From: Candidatus Obscuribacteraceae bacterium
Lineage (GTDB): Bacteria > Cyanobacteriota > Vampirovibrionia > Obscuribacterales > Obscuribacteraceae
Assembly: GCA_044226015.1 (NCBI GenBank)
Contig: JBGAHS010000008.1
Location: 32,001 to 96,000 of the forward strand
Direction of reading: 5' to 3'
Length of the DNA stretch: 64,000 bases
Shown here: positions 48,724 to 58,561 of the stretch, piece after piece
Position numbering within the stretch: position 1 is the stretch's first letter
Layout: every line of letters starts with the position of its first letter
The notes under the pieces: generated by a model
Database searches by the model: none
Told to the model about the DNA's origin: nothing
What the model saw: only the letters and a program-made list of their open reading frames with translations
Translations under genes and position numbers: made by a program

Positions 48724-51700
48724 ATGAAGGCAAAACCTGCGGTTTTAACCAACCTACTTTTCTTCTGCTCTGGCTTCTCCTGCCTGGTATTTGAGGCGGT
48801 CTGGTCAAGGCTTTTGATTCGCGCACTCGGCGCTGGCAGCACTGCAAACGCCTGCGTTTTTTCAGCGTTCATGGCGGGGGCAGCGGTGGGGGCCTACTTC
48901 GCTTCGCAGCGCCCGGATCTTCTCGAGAAATGTGGCAGGTCGAAGAACTCCGTTGATGAAGCAAGCAACTATCTGCGCGCATACGGAAGAATGGAGCTCC
49001 TAGCTGGAACCGCCGGCATTGCCCTTTCAGCAGCACTCGCGCACGGCTCTAGCAGCAGCTTAGCTCAATTCATAGGATTGTTTCAGTTTAACGATTGGAT
49101 GGAAACTGCTGCAAGGTTTTTCAGTGCATTCTTTCTCTTGCTGCTCCCCTGCTCAGCCATGGGCGCCGGTCTTGCTGCCATAAGCTCCTACAACAAAAGA
49201 ATCGCAAAACATCAATCGTTTCCACTTCTATACGCGGCAAACACAGCAGGCGCAGCTTTAGGGTGTTGGAGCGTTGCATTTTGGTTCATCCCTCAACTTG
49301 GTCTACATTTTGCTTGGAGCCTCGCGGGAGTTTTAGCACTAATTGTTTTCATTTCAGCGGAAGTGCAAAGCAAGACAGAGCGCCGAGAAAAATACGAGTC
49401 GTCTGCAGAGAATTGTGCGCAAAGCACAGGTTCTAGCGAAGATTTATTGGATGAAAACCAGAGTCAAAAGATTCCAGGCTCGATCTTAGCGGCTGTAGCT
49501 CTGTCTGGAAGCACTGTTCTAATTCTGGAATTGATATGGACAAGAATCTTTTCTGTACTCCTGGGCGCTTCATCATACTCGCTGGGCATCGTACTTTTAA
49601 TTATTCTTTTGACTTGCAGTGCCTCGTCGTTCATGGTTTCCCGCCTGCGAATTTTTCAAGAAAAAACTACATCAAGCATCGCGATTTGTTTTTATCTAGC
49701 TGGCATCAGCATCCTTTTTGAAATGTACGCCGTGAATCTCATGCAAATGCTATTCATAAATATAAGTGGTTATCTTGCACCATTTCTAACGCAGGACATT
49801 CTTGCTCGAGTAATGATTGCTCGCTTTATACTGGGGCTTATTTTGATTGCTCCGCCAACATTTTTCCTGAGCGCCATTTTGCCCCTTGGAGTTCTTCACA
49901 CGTCTGCGAATTCAGGAAAACTAAACAACCATGCTAGCTTACTTTATTCCGTAAATTGCTTCGGTTCTGCTATTGGGTGTTTAGGATTCGCAGTTGCTCT
50001 ATTCCCGTTGCTGTCGAGCACAAGCAACTTCTCGCTTCAGCTTTCAATGCACATCCTCGCAGCGATCAGCCTCTTGACGAGCGCGGCTCTTGTGATTTAC
50101 TGCCAAGACAGTGACACTCAACAATGGAAATTTGCCAGATACACAACAGTCATGGGAGGGCTCGCACTCTCCTTCTTACTCGCCAATCAAATTCCAGAGT
50201 GGGATCAAAAAAATCTCAGTTCAGGAGCGCTAATTTATGGCAACAACATTGACAGCGCGAATGATACTCGAGAAATTATTGAACTTAAGGATGGCATCAA
50301 CAGTACAGTCGTTCTCGCAAAATCAGCCTCAAGCAACAGTCTGAGCCTGAGCAGTGACGGCAAAGTGGAATCGACCTTAGCGATTGACAGGTCCCTTATC
50401 TCTCCGGGCAGCGACCTGAGCACGCACATTATGCTCGGTGAATTGCCGATGCTCTTCCACAAACAACCCAGCAAAGACGTGCTCTTAATCGGCTTGGGTA
50501 GTGGAGTTAGTGCCAGTAGCATTCTTTCATTTCCCGGAGTGGAACATCTCACAGTGGCAGAACTGGAACCAGCTGTGATTAGTCTGTGCAAGAAATACTT
50601 GAACCAATTCAATGGAGGACTGTTCAGCAAGAAGTGTGCCGATAAACTGACAATTCGCGCCACGGATGCACGCTTTCTACTCAACTCAAACAACAGCAGA
50701 TTTGATGTAATAGTCTCACAGCCAGCAGACCCATGGGTGGCGGGCTCTGGTGATTTATTCACGCGCGAATTCTGGCAGCTGGGGAAAAATCGGCTCAGAG
50801 AGAATGGACTCTTCTGCCAATGGATTCAACTCTATGCAATTCCCAGCAAAGACTTGCTCTCCATAATAAATACATTTCAATCCGAATTTCCATCAACGTA
50901 CATTTTCCACGCACCTGGTGCAGGAGAAGTGATTCTGCTTGGTTCCACAGATCAAAATTTCAATTTTGAGGTAGCGGACACAAATGCAATAGAAGCGATC
51001 AATAATCGCATGGCAGCAGCAATAAAGGAAAACCGACTGCTCGCCAGTTCTGGCATTTCGTCATTCTATGATGCAGCCAGCATTGCCGAACGAATCGCAG
51101 TAGACTCTCATCCTTTCAATAAGCCGCTCCAGACCAATTCGGATAATCAGCCATTTATTGAGTTCAGCACAAGCAAATCAGTTCTGACAGGAGAGCAGCA
51201 GCTACAAAATAATCTTGACGTTCTCAAAGACCTAATTTCAACAAACTCCGCCACAAGCAAGTTCAAAGGTAATTCACATATTCATTGCGAGATGGCACGC
51301 GCATATGCGCGACTTTATCGAGCTGAGCAGGAACCTTTCAAAGCAAGAGCTGCGGCGCTGGCATTAATGGAAGTGCGGGTTGCTCAAAGATTGAGTTCAG
51401 ACGATGAAACAGCATGGACAAAAATACTTGTCGACCGAGCCTGCACTGCCCACCCTCCTTCAATCTCAGGCGAATCCAGCGCTGAGCATCGGATAGAAAG
51501 CAACAAGCCTTTAGATTATTGGAACAAACTTGCAGCTTTTGACAAGACTCTAGATAGCAAGAGTGAAGATGCAGCAAAGAGCGCAAAGTCAGTACTCAAT
51601 GCCATCCATGAAAACACGTCCGCAGCCTGGCTTCGACGGGGATTTTACGATTTAATGTTTGGCTCTACGAAATCAGCAAGAGATAACTTTGAACGAGCCC

Positions 51701-52173
51701 TGCAAATCGAGCCCGCATCATTACCAGCTCTTCTAGGTTCTTTCTATTCTCTAAAAGCATGTGAAGAACCCAGTCTGGCACGAACCAGGCTAGAGGACTA
51801 CCTTAAGATAAACCCGTGGGACTTCGACTCTCAGCTTGCCTATACAAATGAACTAGTTCTTGCGAATGATCTAAATAGCGCCAATAAACACGCTGAGTGC
51901 TCATTCCAGCTCAGACCATTTGATGCATCAGCTTACATTTTATTGTTGAATGCTCAGCTAAATGATGCCAACCACTGGAACATAAAGCAAAGCACGGATA
52001 AAATAAGTGCGGCATCACGCAGGAATCCTAGTTTAGAAAAAATCACCAGGTCGTTTTCCCTCCAAAGTCCAGACAGCCTAAAGCACAGCCAGCAATTCGC
52101 AGAGCTAGTGGCCAAAACAATTCATCAGGCTGAAGATTCGAAAAACGGGTACAAGATGCTGGGAGAGCCTTAG
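48724..52173 (+). CDS. fused MFS-like/spermidine synthase protein with TPR tail
   Basis: FFCSGFSCLVFE..W.R, LYAANT.GAA.G, IGLGSG, AELEP, DARF, D.IVSQP and LFTREF. Confidence 0.85.
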   Translation: MKAKPAVLTNLLFFCSGFSCLVFEAVWSRLLIRALGAGSTANACVFSAFMAGAAVGAYFASQRPDLLEKCGRSKNSVDEASNYLRAYGRMELLAGTAGIALSAALAHGSSSSLAQFIGLFQFNDWMETAARFFSAFFLLLLPCSAMGAGLAAISSYNKRIAKHQSFPLLYAANTAGAALGCWSVAFWFIPQLGLHFAWSLAGVLALIVFISAEVQSKTERREKYESSAENCAQSTGSSEDLLDENQSQKIPGSILAAVALSGSTVLILELIWTRIFSVLLGASSYSLGIVLLIILLTCSASSFMVSRLRIFQEKTTSSIAICFYLAGISILFEMYAVNLMQMLFINISGYLAPFLTQDILARVMIARFILGLILIAPPTFFLSAILPLGVLHTSANSGKLNNHASLLYSVNCFGSAIGCLGFAVALFPLLSSTSNFSLQLSMHILAAISLLTSAALVIYCQDSDTQQWKFARYTTVMGGLALSFLLANQIPEWDQKNLSSGALIYGNNIDSANDTREIIELKDGINSTVVLAKSASSNSLSLSSDGKVESTLAIDRSLISPGSDLSTHIMLGELPMLFHKQPSKDVLLIGLGSGVSASSILSFPGVEHLTVAELEPAVISLCKKYLNQFNGGLFSKKCADKLTIRATDARFLLNSNNSRFDVIVSQPADPWVAGSGDLFTREFWQLGKNRLRENGLFCQWIQLYAIPSKDLLSIINTFQSEFPSTYIFHAPGAGEVILLGSTDQNFNFEVADTNAIEAINNRMAAAIKENRLLASSGISSFYDAASIAERIAVDSHPFNKPLQTNSDNQPFIEFSTSKSVLTGEQQLQNNLDVLKDLISTNSATSKFKGNSHIHCEMARAYARLYRAEQEPFKARAAALALMEVRVAQRLSSDDETAWTKILVDRACTAHPPSISGESSAEHRIESNKPLDYWNKLAAFDKTLDSKSEDAAKSAKSVLNAIHENTSAAWLRRGFYDLMFGSTKSARDNFERALQIEPASLPALLGSFYSLKACEEPSLARTRLEDYLKINPWDFDSQLAYTNELVLANDLNSANKHAECSFQLRPFDASAYILLLNAQLNDANHWNIKQSTDKISAASRRNPSLEKITRSFSLQSPDSLKHSQQFAELVAKTIHQAEDSKNGYKMLGEP

Positions 52174-52199
52174 GGAACTGGTGGGGGAAGGACAATACA

Positions 52200-53150
52200 A
52201 TGCCATTTCGACTTCTACTGATAGAAGACAGCCCGACGCAGCTTTTGAGCATCAGAAAATCGTTAGAACAAGAGGGTTTCGAAATAATTGCGGCACGCAG
52301 CGGAGCTGAAGGGCTAGTGCTCTGCTACAACGAGAGTCCCGATTTAATCATCTCTGACGTTGTGATGTCCGGCATCAATGGTTATCAGGTCTGCAGATTG
52401 GTGAAAAGCGACCCTGATTTACAAGCAACCCCCGTAGTACTTTTGACACGACTTGACGGCTCAATCGATAGATTTTGGGGATTAAAATCAGGCGCAGACC
52501 GCTACATTCCAAAAGAACCAGGCTTCGCAAGTTTGATCAAAGCAATCCGAGAAATTCTCGCGGACAGCTCAATTCGTCCGCGACTGCGCGCGGTGGCTGA
52601 CCCTGCAAAAACACCGGGCATTGAAGAAATCAACACTCGCCTGAATCAGCTACTTGAACGTCTACTTTTCGAAGCAACCATTGCGGATGAAGTCCGAAAG
52701 ATAGCCGATGACATAGGCGACATAGAAGTCATAGCAGAGAAGCTATTTGTACTTTTGGGGTCGTTTGCAGACTATCAAGCGTGTGCACTGCTCGTGAACC
52801 ACGGTGCATATTCACTTGTGAATCTGGATCTGGCAAGCAATGTTTCTGAGCCAGGCGTCTTATCGTATGTTATGAAAATAGCCATGCAGTTAGGATTGCC
52901 ACCATTGAAAGATGACTCACCAAAAACGGTGCAAGTCTATGACAATGCAATTACCCAACCCATCGATTCATCAGGCATTCGACTTGGCTTGCTCGTGATG
53001 ATACCGCCAAACGGGCAGCCGTTTAAGCCAGGCGACCAGAAGGTCATTCGCCTTGTTTGCGAGCAGTTGTCCACTGTGATTCGGCTGTACTTATCGTATG
53101 TTCAAAGGCAAGGCATGCCCGTTCCAACAGCTCCGTTTGGTGCAGTCTAG
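52200..53150 (+). CDS. response regulator (REC plus coiled coil and GAF-like C-terminus)
   Basis: LLIEDS, PDLIISDVVM, VLLT and GADRYIPK. Confidence 0.85.
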   Translation: MPFRLLLIEDSPTQLLSIRKSLEQEGFEIIAARSGAEGLVLCYNESPDLIISDVVMSGINGYQVCRLVKSDPDLQATPVVLLTRLDGSIDRFWGLKSGADRYIPKEPGFASLIKAIREILADSSIRPRLRAVADPAKTPGIEEINTRLNQLLERLLFEATIADEVRKIADDIGDIEVIAEKLFVLLGSFADYQACALLVNHGAYSLVNLDLASNVSEPGVLSYVMKIAMQLGLPPLKDDSPKTVQVYDNAITQPIDSSGIRLGLLVMIPPNGQPFKPGDQKVIRLVCEQLSTVIRLYLSYVQRQGMPVPTAPFGAV

Positions 53151-53319
53151 TTACAGACGCTTAGGACAAGGGCTCTGAGAGCGCTTCCAGCCGCTTCGGT
53201 CCTGTGTTTTTCTGTGACAGGAGATAGCTGCACCGCGCTGTTCGCTGGCTCTGGCGGAGATCCGAAGTTTTTCTCAGAGCTCAACCAGCTTCTATTTAAT
53301 GGCTGGCGTTCGCTTTCAA

Positions 53320-56300
53320 TCAGGACTCTTCATCAGGCACCGCTGGTGGTGCTTGCCGAGATTTAGCATTCTTACCTTTAGTCTTTTTCACTGACTTCTC
53401 ATCGGACTCACTGCTACCTTCTTCCGCAGCAGCATTCATGAATGACGCTACATCATCTGGGTTAGGCTGCGCAGATTCGTTGACACCTGTGTCGTCTGCA
53501 TCGCCCCAATCCATGTAAGAAGGAACGGCATTAGCAGGCGGAGCTGCTGCTGCTGTCACCGCGGGTTTCTCATGCTCATTGCTTATTTTGGCTTCAATGA
53601 ACTTCGGAGCTTCAGGCGTCTCCTGGCCCTGCTCAGCAAATTCTTGTAACTCATCGAGACGCAACCAGCCTGCGGCTAGGCATATCTCAATCAGTTGCTG
53701 CTGATTTGCACGAACATATACAAACGCTTGCTCGAATTGAACAATTGATACCAATCCATTGCAAACCAGCTGGAACCCTGACTTAATCGAGTCTAACTCA
53801 ACTTCAGTCAGCAAATTTGAATCCGCAAGATAAGTCCAGAACTGCTGCTCGGAAAGCAATCGTGCCGCATTGACAATAGCGAGCATCTGCTCAGAATCAA
53901 AAATACGGCACAAAATAAGTAACTCGCTGAAGGCGATTTTGACTTTCCCACCTGATTCAGGAAGTCGAGCATCAGCAGGAATTTTTAGCCCACTGAACGT
54001 GTCGGGTTCGCGTAGTCCAAGCTGACGCAAATCAAAATCGAGACGCGTATTCGGTTCTGAGAGAATATTGAAGGCTATTCCCATATTGCGAAGCTGACGT
54101 TTAAAATCGGGGGGATTGAGAACTTTCGACTTGTCACCGCCGTATTGTCGCATCAATAGTCGGCGAACTGCGCGTAAATAGCAAACATGCAACAAGAAAA
54201 ACGGATCTGTCGATTCTGCGGATATCCATGGGTAGAAGCCTTCAGCTTCTGGATTTGGTGCTTCTCTCTGCGCCAACATCGAAGCGATCGATGCAGGAGC
54301 ATAGTCCGAGTGTGCCACGTCATCGAAATCGCCGAAGTCGATATCAGCATAAGTTTCGCCCGCAGGTCCAAAATCAAGATAATCTGGTGCCGCCGGTGGT
54401 GCCTCAGCCGCGTACTCCGCTTCTGTATTCATGTCATGAATTTGCGAGGCTTCGATGTCAGCAGCCAGCTCTGATGGATTGACTTCAGCTGCCTGCTGCG
54501 ACAAATCAATATGAGGATATAACTCTGACGCTGCTATGTCTGCGTTAAGTTCAGAAGCCGAATGTGAGAATTTTTCAGCACCGCCTGCGACACCATTTTC
54601 CTGAGTAGAATGTGCTGAAGGCTCTGCTGCTTTAGCCTCAGCAAGACGCTGCGAAATAGGTCGCAAATCTCTCAAAGTTGCGCGAGGATTGCTTTCACCA
54701 GGAGAATTGTAGTCTGCGGGTGGAACGGCTCCAGCAGACTCAGCGGGCGATTGTTCCGTGGAACCAAACCGAGATACAGCCGGTAAATTGCGCATAGTCG
54801 CAGCCGGGTCGGATTGGGGTTGCACAGGATTCACCGGTGCCATGCCTCGAAGCGTTGCCGCCGGATCGGAATGGGGTTGCGCGGGGTTCACCGGTGCCAT
54901 GCCTCGAAGCGTCGCCGCCGAGTCGTAATCGGCCGGTCTACCATGTGAAACCGGCGGCATACCTCTCAACGTAGCTCCTGGGTCTACGTGTTGCTGACTC
55001 GGCTCTACTTGTGCACTGGTGGGTGGTGGTGGTGCAGATTGCTCATACCAAATATTCGGCGACTCTACCTGCGGTGGCACAGACATTTCGACAGTAGATG
55101 TTTGCTCCTCATAAACATCCTGAGGTTCAACCTGCGAAATAGGTGACTTTTCAAACAGCCCCAAGAATTCGGCATCATCAATGTCTGGAAATGTTGACGC
55201 AGCCGGAGTTGCTGATTTTTGAACGAAACCGGAAGAGTTTACCGGTGGTACCGCTTGAGGAAGTCCATGTGCAGTTGTAGTGGAATCCTCGGTCACGTCT
55301 GCTGGATCCACCGGAGGAAAAGTTGCCAATTCAGAGTACGATGTGTCCGTTACAGATGGAGAGTGATCTGAAAGAACCGGAATCCCAGGCAATGTTGAAG
55401 TGGAATCTTCCATCACATCAGATGGATCTACCTGCAGAAAAGCGGCTGGCTCATCCATCACCGGCGAAACGGCTACTTCATCCATCAGCGGCGAAACCGC
55501 CACCTCATCCGTCAGCGGTGAACCGGCTGGCTCATCCGTCAGCGGCGAAACCGCCACCTCATCCATGGCTGGGAGATCAACTTCTGCAATTGCTGGAATT
55601 CCTGGCAACGTTGAGCTTGAATTCTCCATCACATCGGATGGATCAACTTTTAGAAAGGATGCAAATTCAGGTAACGTAGAGCTCGAATCCTCCACCAGGT
55701 CACCAGGAAGCACTTCCGGTATCGCCGGCAATTCTGATGGAATCGCAAGCAAATCCACACTTAATTCCGGCGAGGAATGCTCTGCAGCTGCCGGCAAATC
55801 CGACAATGTTGCGGATGAATCGTCAACTATATCTTCGGAATTCACCTGTGGAACTGAGTTTTCTGGGCTGCCGAAGTTAAGCTCGGAAGAACCCGTTGAT
55901 GTAAGCTCTGATTCTCCGGACAGTTCTGGCGAGAAATTCAGGCTACCAGAATCAGCCTCTAGAACTGGGTCAGCAGTTTCTGCGGTCACCTGCAACTCAG
56001 ATAGGGATGCGGGAATAGCCTCAGGGGAGAACTCGGCGGGTGAGGTAAGAGCTCCAGCCTCACCACTCTTAGAATCATGCGCTGCATCAGCCGGACTGGA
56101 AAGCGCACTCAATTCGGCACTGACTGCGGCGCTTAGATTGCCATCAGCAGTTCCTAGCGCCGCCTCAAAACTCTTCAGCATCGCTTCAGTACTCAACAAC
56201 ACTTCGCCAGGAGTCTCTGCCGCTATCTCCTCGTTCAACTCGAAATCGCCAGTTTTGCGGCTCTTTGTGTTGCGTCCCTTTTTCTTTCGCTTCTCGACAG

Positions 56301-56865
56301 GGTCGACCTCGGACCCGGCCTTGTCTTTACTTGAATTGCGCCGCTTCACGAATTGCTCGCGAAAAATTGGAGTCGAAAGGACAATACCGGGCGCCTCTTC
56401 TTCCTCTGTCTTCGATTCCCACTCGGGTTCTGGGACGACAGAATTCAGTCCCAATTCGTCGCTCAGCGAACCGAATTCCGCACCGAGGATAGTCTCAACC
56501 AGTGGGGAGCTCTCCCCGTTGACACTTTTAGGCTCGGCGCCAGAAGCGTTAGCAATACCTTCAGACCTTGCCGCAGCCGCCCTGGCTTTATCAGACGCTA
56601 CAGCGTCCAGTTTGCCCTTCTGACTTTGAATGAGCCCTCGCAAGTCCATCGAGCGCACGTTATCAGAAGCATAAACCCTGTCCATCTCATGGACACCGCC
56701 ATTTTTGGCAGCTTTGGCTTTTTTCGCAAGAAGACCCACCAGCTCGCGATGAGCGAGCCGTGAACCGTCGATATCACCGCGTTCTACACTCTGCCGGAAG
56801 GCAGCCGCTAGAATTTTGGATTCCAGCTCGGGTCTATCTTCATTCCTCGAAATGATAAGGAGCAT
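53320..56865 (-). CDS. large acidic repeat protein with degenerate J-like and MshEN-like C-terminal domains
   Basis: About 800 aa rich in D/E/S/P; AFNILSEPNTRLDFD; ELL...I...EQ...L....LLT..EL...GW repeats. Confidence 0.7.
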   Translation of the reverse strand: MLLIISRNEDRPELESKILAAAFRQSVERGDIDGSRLAHRELVGLLAKKAKAAKNGGVHEMDRVYASDNVRSMDLRGLIQSQKGKLDAVASDKARAAAARSEGIANASGAEPKSVNGESSPLVETILGAEFGSLSDELGLNSVVPEPEWESKTEEEEAPGIVLSTPIFREQFVKRRNSSKDKAGSEVDPVEKRKKKGRNTKSRKTGDFELNEEIAAETPGEVLLSTEAMLKSFEAALGTADGNLSAAVSAELSALSSPADAAHDSKSGEAGALTSPAEFSPEAIPASLSELQVTAETADPVLEADSGSLNFSPELSGESELTSTGSSELNFGSPENSVPQVNSEDIVDDSSATLSDLPAAAEHSSPELSVDLLAIPSELPAIPEVLPGDLVEDSSSTLPEFASFLKVDPSDVMENSSSTLPGIPAIAEVDLPAMDEVAVSPLTDEPAGSPLTDEVAVSPLMDEVAVSPVMDEPAAFLQVDPSDVMEDSTSTLPGIPVLSDHSPSVTDTSYSELATFPPVDPADVTEDSTTTAHGLPQAVPPVNSSGFVQKSATPAASTFPDIDDAEFLGLFEKSPISQVEPQDVYEEQTSTVEMSVPPQVESPNIWYEQSAPPPPTSAQVEPSQQHVDPGATLRGMPPVSHGRPADYDSAATLRGMAPVNPAQPHSDPAATLRGMAPVNPVQPQSDPAATMRNLPAVSRFGSTEQSPAESAGAVPPADYNSPGESNPRATLRDLRPISQRLAEAKAAEPSAHSTQENGVAGGAEKFSHSASELNADIAASELYPHIDLSQQAAEVNPSELAADIEASQIHDMNTEAEYAAEAPPAAPDYLDFGPAGETYADIDFGDFDDVAHSDYAPASIASMLAQREAPNPEAEGFYPWISAESTDPFFLLHVCYLRAVRRLLMRQYGGDKSKVLNPPDFKRQLRNMGIAFNILSEPNTRLDFDLRQLGLREPDTFSGLKIPADARLPESGGKVKIAFSELLILCRIFDSEQMLAIVNAARLLSEQQFWTYLADSNLLTEVELDSIKSGFQLVCNGLVSIVQFEQAFVYVRANQQQLIEICLAAGWLRLDELQEFAEQGQETPEAPKFIEAKISNEHEKPAVTAAAAPPANAVPSYMDWGDADDTGVNESAQPNPDDVASFMNAAAEEGSSESDEKSVKKTKGKNAKSRQAPPAVPDEES
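54775..54984 (-). repeat. 57-60-bp coding tandem repeats (D.AATLRGMAPV)
   Basis: TTCACCGGTGCCATGCCTCGAAGCGT at 54830 and 54887, plus flanking degenerate copies. Confidence 0.85.
55444..55566 (-). repeat. 27-bp coding tandem repeats (DEVAVSPLT-type)
   Basis: About 4.5 copies of TCATCC(A/G)TCA.CGG.GAA.C.GC. Confidence 0.85.
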
Positions 56866-57139
56866 CAGGTTTTTCGAGTACCACCATTAGTAACAGGAAG
56901 CCCGGTTTTGAAATTCCTGTGCGGCAGCCACATTGGGTGCCCAGGAAAATTATTCCTTTTCGGAGCAGATTTAACACCTATTTGTTTGAGAAAATCCCCG
57001 TCAGAGACAATTTTTCGGAAGAATTTTGCGCAATGTTTTATCGGAAGCGAATCTAGACAACATAAGACAGCAAGCCGCCGGCAAACCATTTTGCTATGAT
57101 CTAGCAAATACTTACAAATCACTCAACACGAGGTGTTCC

Positions 57140-57694
57140 GTGGATTTCAGTTGGGTCAGACAACTAGCCGAGCAGTCAAATCAGCACGAAATCGACAAGC
57201 AAGACAAAGAACGCCGCCGCATCGAAGACGAGCGCCTGAAAGCATTCGCCACTGTGCCCTTTGTGGACAAAATGTACATGCTTTTTCAGGCCTGCTGCGA
57301 AGAATTCAACAAGCATTCCATGTTTCCCGAACTGCGGATTACTGTCAGCAAAATCACGAAAAAATCCCGGGGAATGGAAACTTCAAATCCGGAAGAAATT
57401 GCCTACTTTACTTTTACGAGACAAAGCTGGATGTATGGCGTTCGTGGAATTAACGGAGTTGTCGAGTTCGTTGAACTTCCCGTAACCGAAGGCGCCAGCT
57501 CACTGAACATGAAACTTGATGAGTTAGGTCTCGACAGTAGCGTTAAGCTAATCGCGAGTATCGAAGGCGACCCTATGGATATGCGGAAAAAGCAAGTGAT
57601 ATGGACATTGAGAGATGAAATAATGGATGGTCCGAAATTGATTACTGTATGCCAAAATTACTTTACTGAATTCGTAAAGAGAACAAACGAGTGA
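57140..57694 (+). CDS. conserved-looking hypothetical protein coupled to rsmG
   Basis: GTG 57140 after GAGGTG; GTGA overlap with the rsmG start. Confidence 0.7.
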   Translation: MDFSWVRQLAEQSNQHEIDKQDKERRRIEDERLKAFATVPFVDKMYMLFQACCEEFNKHSMFPELRITVSKITKKSRGMETSNPEEIAYFTFTRQSWMYGVRGINGVVEFVELPVTEGASSLNMKLDELGLDSSVKLIASIEGDPMDMRKKQVIWTLRDEIMDGPKLITVCQNYFTEFVKRTNE

Positions 57695-58461
57695 GCAAAC
57701 TAGCCTCCTGGAGCCTCCTATCGGGTGAAGATAAGGCTCTCGAAAAACTTGAAAAATACGACCTGAATGAAGACTGTTTGGAACAACTTCATCAATATGC
57801 TTTGACGCTTCAGGAATACAATTCGCATACAAACCTGGTCGCAAATGCTGAGTTGGCCGTCCTTCTCAAAGATCACATTCTAGATGCGCTGCAACTACAG
57901 CCGGTGCTAAGAAAAATTGTTCAAGACAAGAAATTTGAAGAAAGCAACAGAACCGCACTGATCGACATCGGCAGTGGCGCGGGCTTTCCTGGCATGATTC
58001 TGGCCATTACGGTGCCGTTTTTGAAGGTTACTCTTTTAGATTCTATTGGAAAGAAGTGCCGGTTTTTAGAATCTGCGGCACACAAACTCGGCATCGACGA
58101 CAGAGTCAGTGTAGTGTGCGAGCGCGCGGAGGTAGTGGCGCACGACAAACGGCATAGAGAGCGATATTCATTTGCCACAGCCAGAGCAGTGGGCGCACTG
58201 CCAATGGTGGCAGAGCTCTGCATTCCGTTCTTAAGATACAGCGGCTATTTACTCGCGCAAAGATCAAAACGGCAAGCCACAGAAGAAGAACAAATCATTG
58301 ATGCATATGCATCTCGATTGGGTGGAGAGCTAGTCTCAGTAACGCACTTCGAGCCTGACATATTAGGCAGAGAACTTTCACTCATTCAGATCAAGAAAAC
58401 AAAAACCACACCACCTCGCTTTCCTCGAAGCGCGGCAGCAATGAAAAAAGACGCCGGTTAG
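57691..58461 (+). CDS. rsmG: 16S rRNA (guanine-N7)-methyltransferase
   Basis: N..TNL, HILD, DIGSGAGFPG, LDSIGKK, RAE, TARAV and TPPRFPR. Confidence 0.93.
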   Translation: MSKLASWSLLSGEDKALEKLEKYDLNEDCLEQLHQYALTLQEYNSHTNLVANAELAVLLKDHILDALQLQPVLRKIVQDKKFEESNRTALIDIGSGAGFPGMILAITVPFLKVTLLDSIGKKCRFLESAAHKLGIDDRVSVVCERAEVVAHDKRHRERYSFATARAVGALPMVAELCIPFLRYSGYLLAQRSKRQATEEEQIIDAYASRLGGELVSVTHFEPDILGRELSLIQIKKTKTTPPRFPRSAAAMKKDAG

Positions 58462-58462
58462 T

Positions 58463-58542
58463 TCCAGCATGGTCATTAGAATCCAACATGGTTATTAGAA
58501 ACCAGCGTGGCTATTAGAATCTAGCTTTAGTTAGAATCTAGC
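58463..58542. repeat. 19-bp non-coding tandem repeat
   Basis: TCCAGCATGGTCATTAGAA / TCCAACATGGTTATTAGAA / ACCAGCGTGGCTATTAGAA / TCTAGCTTTAGTTAGAA / TCTAGC. Confidence 0.8.
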
Positions 58543-58561
58543 GAATCGATTCGTCTGAGAA

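Noticed and set aside
55400..56623. 407-aa plus-strand ORF
   Set aside because: Antisense shadow of the low-complexity 1181-aa gene; Ser-rich mirror composition with no SD or motif.
58463..58542. possible mini-CRISPR
   Set aside because: The units are contiguous with no unique spacers, and there are no cas genes in the window.
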